DNA from: Methanosarcinales archaeon
GTDB taxonomy: Bacteria > Omnitrophota > Gorgyraeia > Duberdicusellales > 4484-171
Reading direction: 5' to 3'
DNA length: 64,000 nucleotides
Assembly (NCBI GenBank): GCA_048634245.1
Contig: JAIWAR010000001.1
Location: 13,889 to 77,888, forward strand
A model generated the notes under the pieces. The model had not been told where the DNA came from. It did no database searches and was given only the letters and a program-made list of their open reading frames with translations. Shown here in pieces: positions 55,304 through 64,000 of this stretch (position 1 is the stretch's first letter; every line of letters starts with the position of its first letter). The position numbers and the translations under genes are program-made.

Positions 55304-55993
55304 ATGGAAAGGGTAAAAATTAAGGTTGAGAAGAGAGAAATAACAGGTAAGGGAGGCGTAAAAAGATTACGCGGACAAAATCTTTTACCGGCGGTAGTGT
55401 ATAGTGAGGATATTAATATTATTTTGACTATTTCCGTAGACAGCTTAAAAATTTTGCGAAGAATGCATTTTTCTGAGAGCACTGTAATTGATATGGAAAT
55501 AGCCGGCGATAAGAAGCTTAAACCCCTTCAGGTTCTTATCAAAGACATCCAATATCACCCTCTTACTGAAAAAATTATCCATATTGATTTTTTAAAGGTT
55601 TCTTTAAAGGAAAAGATAAAAGTGCATGTTTCTATAGTTCTTAAAGGAGAACCAAAAGGAGTTAAGGAAGAGGGGGGAGTCCTGGAGCAGACTTTAAGAG
55701 AGCTAGAGGTAGAAGGTTTGCCTTTAGATATTCCTGAAAAAATAGAGCTGGATGTTTCAGAATTAGGCATTGGGCATTCACTGCATGTTTCTGATTTGGC
55801 TATTTCCGGCAATATAACAGTTATAACTGACCCTCAGTCACCGGTAGTTACAGCTTTAGCGAAGAAAGAAGAAGTTGAGGAAGAGGTTTTGGCTGAAGAA
55901 GGAGAACCTGTTGCGGAACCCGAAGTCATTAAGGAGAAAAAAGAAACCCCGGGGCAGGAATCCGGTAAAGAAGAGGAAAAGAAAAAAGAATAA
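55304..55993 (+). CDS. rplY: Ribosomal protein L25 / general stress protein Ctc
   Basis: L25/Ctc N-terminal and C-terminal domains followed by an acidic tail. Located in a prs-ctc-pth neighbourhood. Confidence 0.85.
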   Translation: MERVKIKVEKREITGKGGVKRLRGQNLLPAVVYSEDINIILTISVDSLKILRRMHFSESTVIDMEIAGDKKLKPLQVLIKDIQYHPLTEKIIHIDFLKVSLKEKIKVHVSIVLKGEPKGVKEEGGVLEQTLRELEVEGLPLDIPEKIELDVSELGIGHSLHVSDLAISGNITVITDPQSPVVTALAKKEEVEEEVLAEEGEPVAEPEVIKEKKETPGQESGKEEEKKKE

Positions 55994-55995
55994 TT

Positions 55996-56583
55996 TTGCA
56001 TAGAGTGAAGATTATCTTTGGCTTAGGCAATCCCGGCTCCAAATATAAGAATAATCGGCATAATGTTGGCTATATGGTTGTTGATAGCCTGGCGGTTAGC
56101 CAGGGTATAGCGTTTAAAAAAAGCTTTAACGCGAAAGCCTATATAGCTAAGAAAAAAGAGCCTCAAGGCTGGATTTTTTTGGTTAAACCCCGTACTTTTA
56201 TGAATAATTCGGGGTTATGCGTAAAGAAAGTTTTAGATAAATATAAGGTTTTAAAGGAAGATGTTTTGATAATTTACGATGATGCTGACTTGTCTCTGGG
56301 AATGATTCGTCTTAGGGCTTGCGGTTCTTGCGCCGGGCATCGAGGCATGACATCGATAAAAGATGAACTTGGGAGTGAGGAGATTAGCAGATTAAGAATA
56401 GGCATCGGCAACTCTAAGAATATTGAATTATCCGATCATGTTCTTTCTGACTTTTTTCCATCAGAAAAAGGGATTTTAAAGAGTGCTGTTCAGGAAGCGG
56501 TATCCGCGACCGGGGATTGGATTGATAATGGAATTGATTTTGTAATGAGAAAATACAATAAGCGAGGAGGAAATAGTGAATAG
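55996..56583 (+). CDS. pth: Peptidyl-tRNA hydrolase
   Basis: IFGLGNPGSKYKNNRHNVG N-terminal motif. Confidence 0.9.
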   Translation: MHRVKIIFGLGNPGSKYKNNRHNVGYMVVDSLAVSQGIAFKKSFNAKAYIAKKKEPQGWIFLVKPRTFMNNSGLCVKKVLDKYKVLKEDVLIIYDDADLSLGMIRLRACGSCAGHRGMTSIKDELGSEEISRLRIGIGNSKNIELSDHVLSDFFPSEKGILKSAVQEAVSATGDWIDNGIDFVMRKYNKRGGNSE

Positions 56584-56914
56584 GGATTACGAGAGTATGA
56601 TGATTGTAGGGCCGGATCTGGAAGATCAAGCACGGGAAGATATTTTCGCTAAAATTACCAAACAAATTAAGGATTTAGGCGGAGAAATTTTAGCTTCTAA
56701 AATATGGGCTAAGGAGAGAAAATTTTATTATTTTTTACAAGGAAGAGACGCTGAGAAAAAGAAGTACGACAAAGGTTGTTATTGGCTTATTAATTTTGCC
56801 CTGGACAAAGATAAGCTTTTAGAGTTAAAGGAAACGATAAGGTTAGAGGAGAGAATATTGCGAAACCTTATTATAAATCGGGAAGGTAAAATTAAGTCCG
56901 AAATTATTAGTTAG
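56576..56914 (+). CDS. rpsF: 30S ribosomal protein S6
   Basis: MNRDYESMMIV N-terminus. Sits in rpsF-ssb-rpsR-rplI order. Confidence 0.85.
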   Translation: MNRDYESMMIVGPDLEDQAREDIFAKITKQIKDLGGEILASKIWAKERKFYYFLQGRDAEKKKYDKGCYWLINFALDKDKLLELKETIRLEERILRNLIINREGKIKSEIIS

Positions 56915-56932
56915 TTTAGGTAGGGGGCAGAA

Positions 56933-57358
56933 ATGGTTGAACTTAATAAGGTACTGTTAATAGGGAATCTGACTCGGGATCCAGAGTTAAGGTATACACC
57001 GCAAGGCACAGCAGTTACAACTATTGGGATGGCCTTGAATAGTTCGTTTAAAGATAAAAGCGGCCAGATGCAAAAGGATACTTGTTTTATTAATGTTGTT
57101 GTCTGGGCGTATTTGGCTGAAGTTTGTAATCAATATTTGCAAAAAGGAAGGCTTATTTTTGTTGAAGGAAGGCTTAAATCAAGAAGCTGGCAAAATAACG
57201 AAGGTAAAAACAGAAGTGTTTTGGAAGTGGTGGCTTCAAGAGTGCAATTTATGTCCCAAGGCGTAAAGCAAGAGGCCCAGGAGGTAGATTTGGGAGAAGA
57301 ACCTCAAGAGCCGGTAAGTTTAGAAAACAACAGTGAAAAAATAGGAGAGGCGATTTAA
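56933..57358 (+). CDS. ssb: Single-stranded DNA-binding protein
   Basis: OB-fold N-terminus ([21 protein letters not shown]) and an acidic C-terminal tail. Confidence 0.9.
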   Translation: MVELNKVLLIGNLTRDPELRYTPQGTAVTTIGMALNSSFKDKSGQMQKDTCFINVVVWAYLAEVCNQYLQKGRLIFVEGRLKSRSWQNNEGKNRSVLEVVASRVQFMSQGVKQEAQEVDLGEEPQEPVSLENNSEKIGEAI

Positions 57359-57359
57359 A

Positions 57360-57629
57360 ATGTTAAGGAAAAAACCAAAAGAGGGTAAAAGAGCTCCCCG
57401 AAGAGATAGCAGGGTTAAAGTTAAGAAGGATTGTGTTTTTTGCAAAAATGATTTAGATATAGATTACAAAAATATCGAACTTCTTGAACGCTATATTTCT
57501 TCTCGAGGGAAGATTCTTTCCCGGAATATTAGCGGTAATTGCGCTAAGCACCAGCGGAAAGTAGCCCGGGAAGTTAAACGGGCGAGATTTCTTAACTTGA
57601 TCCCTTATACCGGGAGAGTTTTCTCTTAA
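57360..57629 (+). CDS. rpsR: 30S ribosomal protein S18
   Basis: [30 protein letters not shown]18 motif. Confidence 0.9.
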   Translation: MLRKKPKEGKRAPRRDSRVKVKKDCVFCKNDLDIDYKNIELLERYISSRGKILSRNISGNCAKHQRKVAREVKRARFLNLIPYTGRVFS

Positions 57630-57671
57630 AATATTGGTTGAAGCCGGGGCTCAATCAAGGGGGCGTAGAGG

Positions 57672-58115
57672 ATGAAGGTAATTCTTCTTAAAGATTCAAA
57701 AAAACTGGGTAAAGTTGGGGATACGGTAAAGGTTAAAGATGGCTATGGCCGCAATTACCTTATCCCTCAAGGGTTAGCTCTTACGGCTATAGAGAAAAAT
57801 TTCAAACGGACTGAAGAGTTAAAAAGAGTCAAAGCCAAGTCAGAAGATAAGAAAAAACAAGGGTTCCTTGAGCTAAAAGAGAAGATTGGAAAAATTTCTT
57901 TAACTATTGCCGCTGAGGTAAAAGATGATGAAAGGCTTTACGGAACTATTGGCGAGCCTCAAATTTTAAAACTTTTGCAGTCTGAAGGGGTAGAGTTAAA
58001 TAAGAATACCTTAATAATAGAGGAGCCGATAAATAAGCTGGGAGTTTATAATTTAAAAGTAAACCTTTATCTTGGGGTAGAGGCGGTTTTGCGCGTTTGG
58101 ATTGTGAAAAAGTAA
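57672..58115 (+). CDS. rplI: 50S ribosomal protein L9
   Basis: MKVILLKDSKKLGKVGDTVKVKDGYGRNYLIPQGLA. Confidence 0.9.
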   Translation: MKVILLKDSKKLGKVGDTVKVKDGYGRNYLIPQGLALTAIEKNFKRTEELKRVKAKSEDKKKQGFLELKEKIGKISLTIAAEVKDDERLYGTIGEPQILKLLQSEGVELNKNTLIIEEPINKLGVYNLKVNLYLGVEAVLRVWIVKK

Positions 58116-58176
58116 TTAACCTGTAAGATATATATTTTAGTCAAAAAATTGAGTAAATATAAGAAAAACTTACAAG

Positions 58177-59529
58177 ATGAGTGTAGATAGTCCCACCCGG
58201 CACTTAGATAAAATTCCGCCTCAAAATATTGAAGCAGAGATGGCTACTTTGGGGGCAATGCTTCTTGATGAAAAAATTATAGCAGAAGTTCTTGAGTTTA
58301 TCGATGAAGAGTCTTTTTATAAAACAGAACACCAGATAATTTTCAAAACCATTCTTTCCCTCTTTGATACCCGTAAAAAAATAGATATCCTAACGGTTTC
58401 CGAAGCCTTAAGCAAAAAGAAGGTATTGGAGAAAGTGGGGGGCAGCGTTTATTTAGCTACTCTAGCCGATTTTGTTCCCACCTCTGCTAATGCCGCTCAT
58501 TACGCGCGTATTATTAAAGAAAAAGGAATTTTACGTTCTTTGATAGATAGCGCCAATAAAATCGCTTCCTCTGTTTATAAGGAGCAGGAAGATGTCAGTA
58601 GTATTTTAGATAGGGCCGAGAAACTGATTTTTGAAATAAGCGATCGCCGGGTAGAAGGCAGCTACGTTCATATAAAGGATATAATTAAAGATGGTATAGA
58701 ACTTATTGAGTCTCTTTATCATAAAAAATCACGGGTGACAGGAGTGCCTACGGGATTTAAAGATTTTGACTTAAAGACCGCCGGCTTACAAAAAGGTGAT
58801 TTGATAATTGCCGCCGGCAGGCCTTCAATGGGTAAAAGTGCCTTTGTCACTTCTATTGCCGGTTATGTTGCCATAGAAGAAAAAATACCGGTAGCTATTT
58901 TTAGCTTAGAGATGTCTAAGGAGCAGCTTATGCAGCGCTTTTTATGCGCGGAGGCAAAGGTTGAGATTAACCGGGTTAGAACCGGATTTCTTGCTCCTTC
59001 AGAGTGGCCCATTTTAACTAATGCTGCCGGAAAATTATCTGAGGCTCCTATCTACATTGATGATACCCCGGCTATGAATATTTTTGAAATAAGAGCAAAG
59101 GCAAGGCGATTAAAGGCGCACCATAATATTCAACTTCTCCTTGTAGATTATCTGCAGTTAATTAGAGGTACGCGCAAGGGCGATAATCGCCAGCAGGAAA
59201 TATCAGATATCTCTCAGAGCCTGAAAGCCTTAGCCAAAGAACTGAATCTTCCGGTGATTGCTGTAAGCCAGTTATCACGGGCTGTTGAGTCACGGGAAGG
59301 CCATCGTCCTAAACTATCGGATTTAAGAGAATCGGGAGCGATTGAGCAAGATGCCGATGTAGTTGTTCTTTTGTTTAGAGAGGAATATTATAAGCCTACT
59401 GATGAAAATATTGGCGTAGCAGATGTTAACATTGCCAAACAGAGAAATGGGCCGGTGGGAACCATTAAATTGACTTTTTTGAAGGAGTATACCAAGTTTG
59501 CTGATATGGCCAGAGAAAAGGAGGATTGA
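58177..59529 (+). CDS. dnaB: Replicative DNA helicase
   Basis: N-terminal DnaB domain and RecA-like C-terminus with a Walker A motif (GRPSMGKSAF). Confidence 0.9.
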   Translation: MSVDSPTRHLDKIPPQNIEAEMATLGAMLLDEKIIAEVLEFIDEESFYKTEHQIIFKTILSLFDTRKKIDILTVSEALSKKKVLEKVGGSVYLATLADFVPTSANAAHYARIIKEKGILRSLIDSANKIASSVYKEQEDVSSILDRAEKLIFEISDRRVEGSYVHIKDIIKDGIELIESLYHKKSRVTGVPTGFKDFDLKTAGLQKGDLIIAAGRPSMGKSAFVTSIAGYVAIEEKIPVAIFSLEMSKEQLMQRFLCAEAKVEINRVRTGFLAPSEWPILTNAAGKLSEAPIYIDDTPAMNIFEIRAKARRLKAHHNIQLLLVDYLQLIRGTRKGDNRQQEISDISQSLKALAKELNLPVIAVSQLSRAVESREGHRPKLSDLRESGAIEQDADVVVLLFREEYYKPTDENIGVADVNIAKQRNGPVGTIKLTFLKEYTKFADMAREKED

Positions 59530-61835
59530 CTTTGATAAATAATATCTTTATAATAGTTAAAATGATTCGAAAATTCCTTTTATTCTTACTGCTTTTTTGT
59601 TTTGCTTTAACAGCATACCCCAATGACTTTATACTTCGTATTGATATTGAGGGAAATGAGCTTGTCAGCGATGCTACCATTATTTCTAAAATCAAGATTC
59701 GCGCCAGCCAAATCTACAATGAAAATGTGATTAATGAAGATGTAAAAAATCTTTATACTACGGGTTTTTTCGAAACCGTAGAGGCCCAGAAAGAAGATAC
59801 TTCGGAAGGGGTTGTTGTTCTTTTCAAGGTTAGAGAGAAGCCCCTTCTCAAAGGTATAAGTATTGAAGGGATGCGTTTTATTCGTAAGAATAAGATTTTG
59901 GATTCGCTGGATATAAAAGAAGGGTCTTTTATTGACGAATATAAGGTGAGGGAGTCGGTAAGGAAAATAAAAGATCTTTATAGTGCTAGAGGTTTTTCTC
60001 AGGCTGAAGTTGTTTATCAAATAATTCCTCTAAAGGATGAGAATAAAGTTACAGTAAAGCTGGTTATTAGCGAGAAAGGAGTTTTAAAAGTCAGAAGTGT
60101 AAAAGTTAGAGGGAATAAGAGCCTAACTGCGCGTAGAATTATAAAATTAATGAAAACCAGAAAAGCCTGGTTATTCAATCGGGGAGTTTTCAAGGAAGAA
60201 GTTTTAAAAGATGATAAAAGAAGGATAACCGATTTTTATAAATTAAAAGGGTTCAGCGATATGCTTGTGGATATTGATATTGAATATTTACCCAAAGGGG
60301 TATACCTTACTGTTAATGTTGACGAAGGCAGGTGTTATCGCGTAGGGCAGATAAGCATAGAGGGCGTAAGAGAGATTTCCCTTGAAAGCGTAGTTTCAGC
60401 TATGGAATTAAAAAAAGAAAGCATTTTTAGCGAACAAGCTGTCTACATAGACTCTTCACTCATAAGAGAGGTCTACGTAAATAAGGGCTATATATTTTCT
60501 CAGGTTGATTCTATTAGCTTCTTTAACCCCGAAACCGAAAGAGTGGATATTACTTATAAGGTTATTGAAAATGATATTGCTTATATTGAGGATATAAATA
60601 TTAAGGGAAATATTAAGACTAAAGATAAGGTGATTCGGAGAGAATTAAGGGTTTATCCCGGAGAAAGGTTTGATGGTGAGAGGGTAAGAAAGAGCAAGGA
60701 AAGATTGGAGAATTTAGGTTTTTTTGAAGAAATAAGATTTGGTACCGAACCGGGGTCGCAGCCCAATAATGTTGATTTAGTTGTTGATGTGAAAGAAGCA
60801 AAAACAGGATATTTTAGTTTTGGGGGAGGGTATAGTTCTATTGATGAGTTTATGGGATTTATAGAAGTACGGCAGCGTAATTTTGACTATAGAAATTTTT
60901 CTACTTTTACCGGAGCCGGCCAGGATTTAAGTATAATGTTTAGTATGGGAACTTTGACTGAACGCTATCAATTAAGCTTTACCAATCCCTGGATATTTGA
61001 TAAACCGGTTTCATTTGGGTTTGATGTGTATAAGCGTGGGCATAAGCAGGATGATAATGTCGGTTATGCTTATGATGAAGAGATAAAGGGTGGAGCATTG
61101 CGCTTGGGTAAAGAATTTAACGATTATTGGAGGGGTGGGATTGCTTACAGGTTTGAAGAAGTTACGATTAGCGATCTCGTCGAAGATGCCTCTTTGGGGC
61201 TTAGAGCTGAGGTTGGGACTACTGACTTAAGCAGCGGCGAAACATATATAAGTTATGATAACCGTGATAATGTTTTTTCTCCTTTAAAAGGAATTTATAC
61301 GCGAAATACTTTTCAGCTTTTCGGAGGGCCTTTTGGCGGGGACAAGGATTTTCTTAAATGCTTTGGACGGATAAGTTTTTATATTCCCGTGCCCAATAAA
61401 GCGGTAGTAGAGCTAAGGCTTCGAGGTGGCATTGCCGAATATTTTGGTGATACCAAAGAAATACCTATTTACGAGAGGTTTTTTGCCGGCGGCGCTTCCA
61501 CTGTTCGCGGCTATCGGGAGAGAAAAGTGGGGCCTGTCTATACGGACAGTTTAGATCCGGCCGGCGGCGACAGGATGATTATAGCTAACGTCGAGTATAC
61601 TTATCCTTTGGCTGACTTTCTTAAAGTTGCTACTTTCTTTGATAGCGGAAAAGTTTGGGGAAATAAAAGCAGTGGTGTTGAGGATGGCGAATTTAAATCC
61701 AGCATTGGTTTAGGTTTTCGGGTAAAGACTCCTATAGGGCCGGTAAGTGTTGATTATGGATGGCCTCTGGATAAGGAACAAGGCGAAGAAGGTAAAGAGG
61801 GAAGGTTTCATTTTAATGTAAGCAGAGCATTTTAG
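59526..61835 (+). CDS. bamA: Outer membrane protein assembly factor BamA
   Basis: Signal peptide, repeated POTRA domains, a C-terminal 16-strand barrel region ending in an aromatic residue (F). Confidence 0.85.
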   Translation: MTLINNIFIIVKMIRKFLLFLLLFCFALTAYPNDFILRIDIEGNELVSDATIISKIKIRASQIYNENVINEDVKNLYTTGFFETVEAQKEDTSEGVVVLFKVREKPLLKGISIEGMRFIRKNKILDSLDIKEGSFIDEYKVRESVRKIKDLYSARGFSQAEVVYQIIPLKDENKVTVKLVISEKGVLKVRSVKVRGNKSLTARRIIKLMKTRKAWLFNRGVFKEEVLKDDKRRITDFYKLKGFSDMLVDIDIEYLPKGVYLTVNVDEGRCYRVGQISIEGVREISLESVVSAMELKKESIFSEQAVYIDSSLIREVYVNKGYIFSQVDSISFFNPETERVDITYKVIENDIAYIEDINIKGNIKTKDKVIRRELRVYPGERFDGERVRKSKERLENLGFFEEIRFGTEPGSQPNNVDLVVDVKEAKTGYFSFGGGYSSIDEFMGFIEVRQRNFDYRNFSTFTGAGQDLSIMFSMGTLTERYQLSFTNPWIFDKPVSFGFDVYKRGHKQDDNVGYAYDEEIKGGALRLGKEFNDYWRGGIAYRFEEVTISDLVEDASLGLRAEVGTTDLSSGETYISYDNRDNVFSPLKGIYTRNTFQLFGGPFGGDKDFLKCFGRISFYIPVPNKAVVELRLRGGIAEYFGDTKEIPIYERFFAGGASTVRGYRERKVGPVYTDSLDPAGGDRMIIANVEYTYPLADFLKVATFFDSGKVWGNKSSGVEDGEFKSSIGLGFRVKTPIGPVSVDYGWPLDKEQGEEGKEGRFHFNVSRAF

Positions 61836-61901
61836 ACCCCTCGGAATACTCGGGGTTAATTTTCTCAATTTGGCAATTTCGAAAACTAAGGAGGTATAAA
61901 T

Positions 61902-62411
61902 ATGAAAAAGATTTTTGGTTGTTTATTAGTTTTTGCAGTGATAATGTCATTTTCTTCTACCTGTTTTTCTAAGGATTTAAAAATCGGATATGTGGATATA
62001 TTTAAGGTTTTTAATGATTATGAAAAGACTAAAGATTACGATAAAAAATTAGAGAAGAAGAAAAATGATGTTGAAAAAAACCTAGAGGCGAAAAAAACGG
62101 TTATCGAAAAGCTGCAGAATAAAATGAGCTTGCTTAAAGAGAATAAAAAAGCCAAGGAAGAAGAAAAACTTAAAAAAGAGATTCAAGAATATCGGGAGGT
62201 AGAAAGAGAAGCATTTACTGATATAAAGAAAGAAAGAGACGAGAAAATGAAGAATATAGTCGAGGATATTGATAAAATAATCGAGGATTACGCTAAGAAG
62301 AACGATTTTGACTTAGTGGTTAATTCAAATGCTATTCTTTATGGGGCGAAAACCATGGATATTACTTCGCAAATTCTTAAGATTTCCAACAAGAAATACA
62401 AAGAAAAATAA
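61902..62411 (+). CDS. skp: Periplasmic chaperone Skp (OmpH)
   Basis: Signal peptide, followed by a K/E-rich coiled-coil of ~150 aa. Lies between bamA and lpxD. Confidence 0.75.
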   Translation: MKKIFGCLLVFAVIMSFSSTCFSKDLKIGYVDIFKVFNDYEKTKDYDKKLEKKKNDVEKNLEAKKTVIEKLQNKMSLLKENKKAKEEEKLKKEIQEYREVEREAFTDIKKERDEKMKNIVEDIDKIIEDYAKKNDFDLVVNSNAILYGAKTMDITSQILKISNKKYKEK

Positions 62412-62423
62412 GCTTAAGAAAAG

Positions 62424-63467
62424 ATGAAATTTACTCTTAAAGAAATCGCGCGCTTAGTCGGCGGAGAAGTAGTTGGCGATCCCAATATCGTTATTACCGG
62501 TATTTCGGGAATCACAGAAGCTAAAGGCGGGGATATAACTTTTTTGGCTAATTCCAAGTATTTTCCTTTAGCAAAAACAACCGAGGCAACGGCAATAATC
62601 ACTTCCCGGGAGGATATCGAAATTACCAAACCCGTGATTAAGGTTGATGATCCTTCAATGGCTTTTACTAAGGTAGTCGGCCTAGCCGCTTCAAATGGGA
62701 TCAAACATCCTCAGGGGATTCATCCTACCGCGGTAATTTCTTCCGGCGCTCATATTGCAAAGGATGTAGCTATTGGTGCTTATGCGGTTATCGCCGAAGG
62801 TGTTGAAATAGGGCAGGGAACAATTATTTATGGCGGATGCTATCTTGGTGCTCATACTAAAGTAGGTAGAGATTGCCTTATTTACCCTCATGTAACTTTG
62901 CGAGAACAGACAGAGGTTGGTAATCGAGTGATTATTCATTCAGGAGCTGTAATCGGCAGCGATGGGTTTGGGTTTGCTATAGTGGAGGGAGTGCAGGAGA
63001 AGATACCGCAAATCGGAATTGTTTTTATAGAGGATGATGTAGAAATCGGCGCGAATGTTACCATTGATAGGGCTAGGTTTGATAAGACCCTTATCGGTAA
63101 AGGTACTAAAATAGACAATCTTGTTCAAATCGCCCACAATGTAGTTACCGGAGAGCATTGTATTATTGTTGCTCAAGCCGGTATTTCAGGAAGTACTGTT
63201 TTAGGTAAAGGAGTAATTTTAGCCGGGCAAGCCGGAATAGTAGGGCATATTCGTATTGGCGATAAAGCGGTTGTGGCAGCTCAGGCCGGAGTAACGAAAT
63301 CTGTTGCTGCCGGTGTCAAAGTTTCCGGATATCCGGCAAAGCCCCATGAGGCGGCACTAAGGGTGAATGCTTGTTTGCAGCGCTTGCCCGAACTTTATAA
63401 GAAAATAAAAGAACTCGAAAAAAAGGTAAAAAGCTTAGAGGGAGACTTAAAGAATGCCAACGGATAG
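62424..63467 (+). CDS. lpxD: UDP-3-O-acylglucosamine N-acyltransferase
   Basis: LpxD N-terminal domain followed by left-handed beta-helix hexapeptide repeats. Confidence 0.9.
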   Translation: MKFTLKEIARLVGGEVVGDPNIVITGISGITEAKGGDITFLANSKYFPLAKTTEATAIITSREDIEITKPVIKVDDPSMAFTKVVGLAASNGIKHPQGIHPTAVISSGAHIAKDVAIGAYAVIAEGVEIGQGTIIYGGCYLGAHTKVGRDCLIYPHVTLREQTEVGNRVIIHSGAVIGSDGFGFAIVEGVQEKIPQIGIVFIEDDVEIGANVTIDRARFDKTLIGKGTKIDNLVQIAHNVVTGEHCIIVAQAGISGSTVLGKGVILAGQAGIVGHIRIGDKAVVAAQAGVTKSVAAGVKVSGYPAKPHEAALRVNACLQRLPELYKKIKELEKKVKSLEGDLKNANG

Positions 63468-64000
63468 ACAAAGAACGATTAAAGGTAAAATATTATTAGA
63501 GGGCGTTGGCCTTCATACCGGGAAAAAAACTAAGTTAGAACTTTTGCCGGCATCCGCGGATACAGGAATAACTTTCTTAAGGAAGGACATTGAATCTTCT
63601 TTTTTGATTAAAGCCAATTCTTATTCTGTTTTAGACCCTAACGCATTCCCCCGGCGTACTTCTATAGGCGTAAATGGAATGAACGTGCATACTGTGGAGC
63701 ATTTGATGGCAGCTTTGCATCTTTTAGGTATTGATAATATACAGATAAATATTTGGGGAGAGGAAATCCCCGGCTTAGATGGTAGTGCTAAAGATTTTGT
63801 AGAAAAGATAAGAGAAGTTGGCTGGCAGGATCAGGAACCTTCGCGTAACCGCTTAATGGTAAGAGAACCTCTATGGGTTGAAGAAGATTCCGGCAGTATT
63901 GTTATTTTGCCTTATCATAGTCTGCGTATATCTTATGTTTTAAACTATGATAATCCGGTAGTTGGTGCCGGTTATATCGATGTAACAATTAAAGATGACT
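63464..64000 (+). CDS. lpxC: UDP-3-O-acyl-GlcNAc deacetylase, 5' partial (runs off the window)
   Basis: TIKGKILLEGVGLHTGK and HTVEHLMAAL motifs. In frame to the window end. Not in the ORF track because it has no stop codon. Confidence 0.85.

Overview
This 64 kb window is a densely packed, almost entirely plus-strand housekeeping region from a low-GC, lysine-rich, diderm bacterium (BamA, Skp, LpxD and LpxC are present), probably an uncultivated lineage. Gene order: (1) a type II secretion / type IV pilus-like pseudopilin operon (gspG, I/H, J, K, L [PilM-PilN fusion], M [PilO-like], lipoprotein). (2) An MBL hydrolase, a Xer recombinase, a CCA-adding enzyme, and rbfA-nrnA-truB-ribF. (3) A near-complete dcw cluster (mraZ, rsmH, ftsL, ftsI, murE, murF, mraY, murD, ftsW, murG, a HExxH protein, murC, murB, ddl, ftsQ, an FtsA-like gene) that has no ftsZ at the usual position; in its place is a pair of proteins sharing a novel N-terminal domain, one of them an HD-GYP phosphodiesterase. 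(4) A glycolipid / acyltransferase cluster, pcm, and nfnAB-like oxidoreductase genes. (5) A minus-strand glutamine synthetase fused to an N-terminal HTH. (6) carB (no adjacent carA), an unknown 505 aa protein, a PurF-like amidotransferase with Ser in place of the Cys nucleophile, and hisG. (7) A TPR protein, split transketolase, ispE, a SpoVG carrying a zinc-ribbon insertion, tandem tRNA-Gln genes (the second disrupted in its T-loop), and recQ. (8) glmU-prs-ctc-pth-rpsF-ssb-rpsR-rplI-dnaB-bamA-skp-lpxD-lpxC. The most unusual features are: a 29/30-identical in-frame heptanucleotide array (TATCGAC)x4 inside two unrelated genes 35.6 kb apart; a disrupted tRNA-Gln copy; the ftsZ-less end of the dcw cluster; the HTH-GS fusion with TGTAAA-N7-TTTACA operator-like sites; and a conserved 25 bp palindrome shared by two intergenic regions. 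All functional calls rest on motif recognition by eye, and no database search was run.
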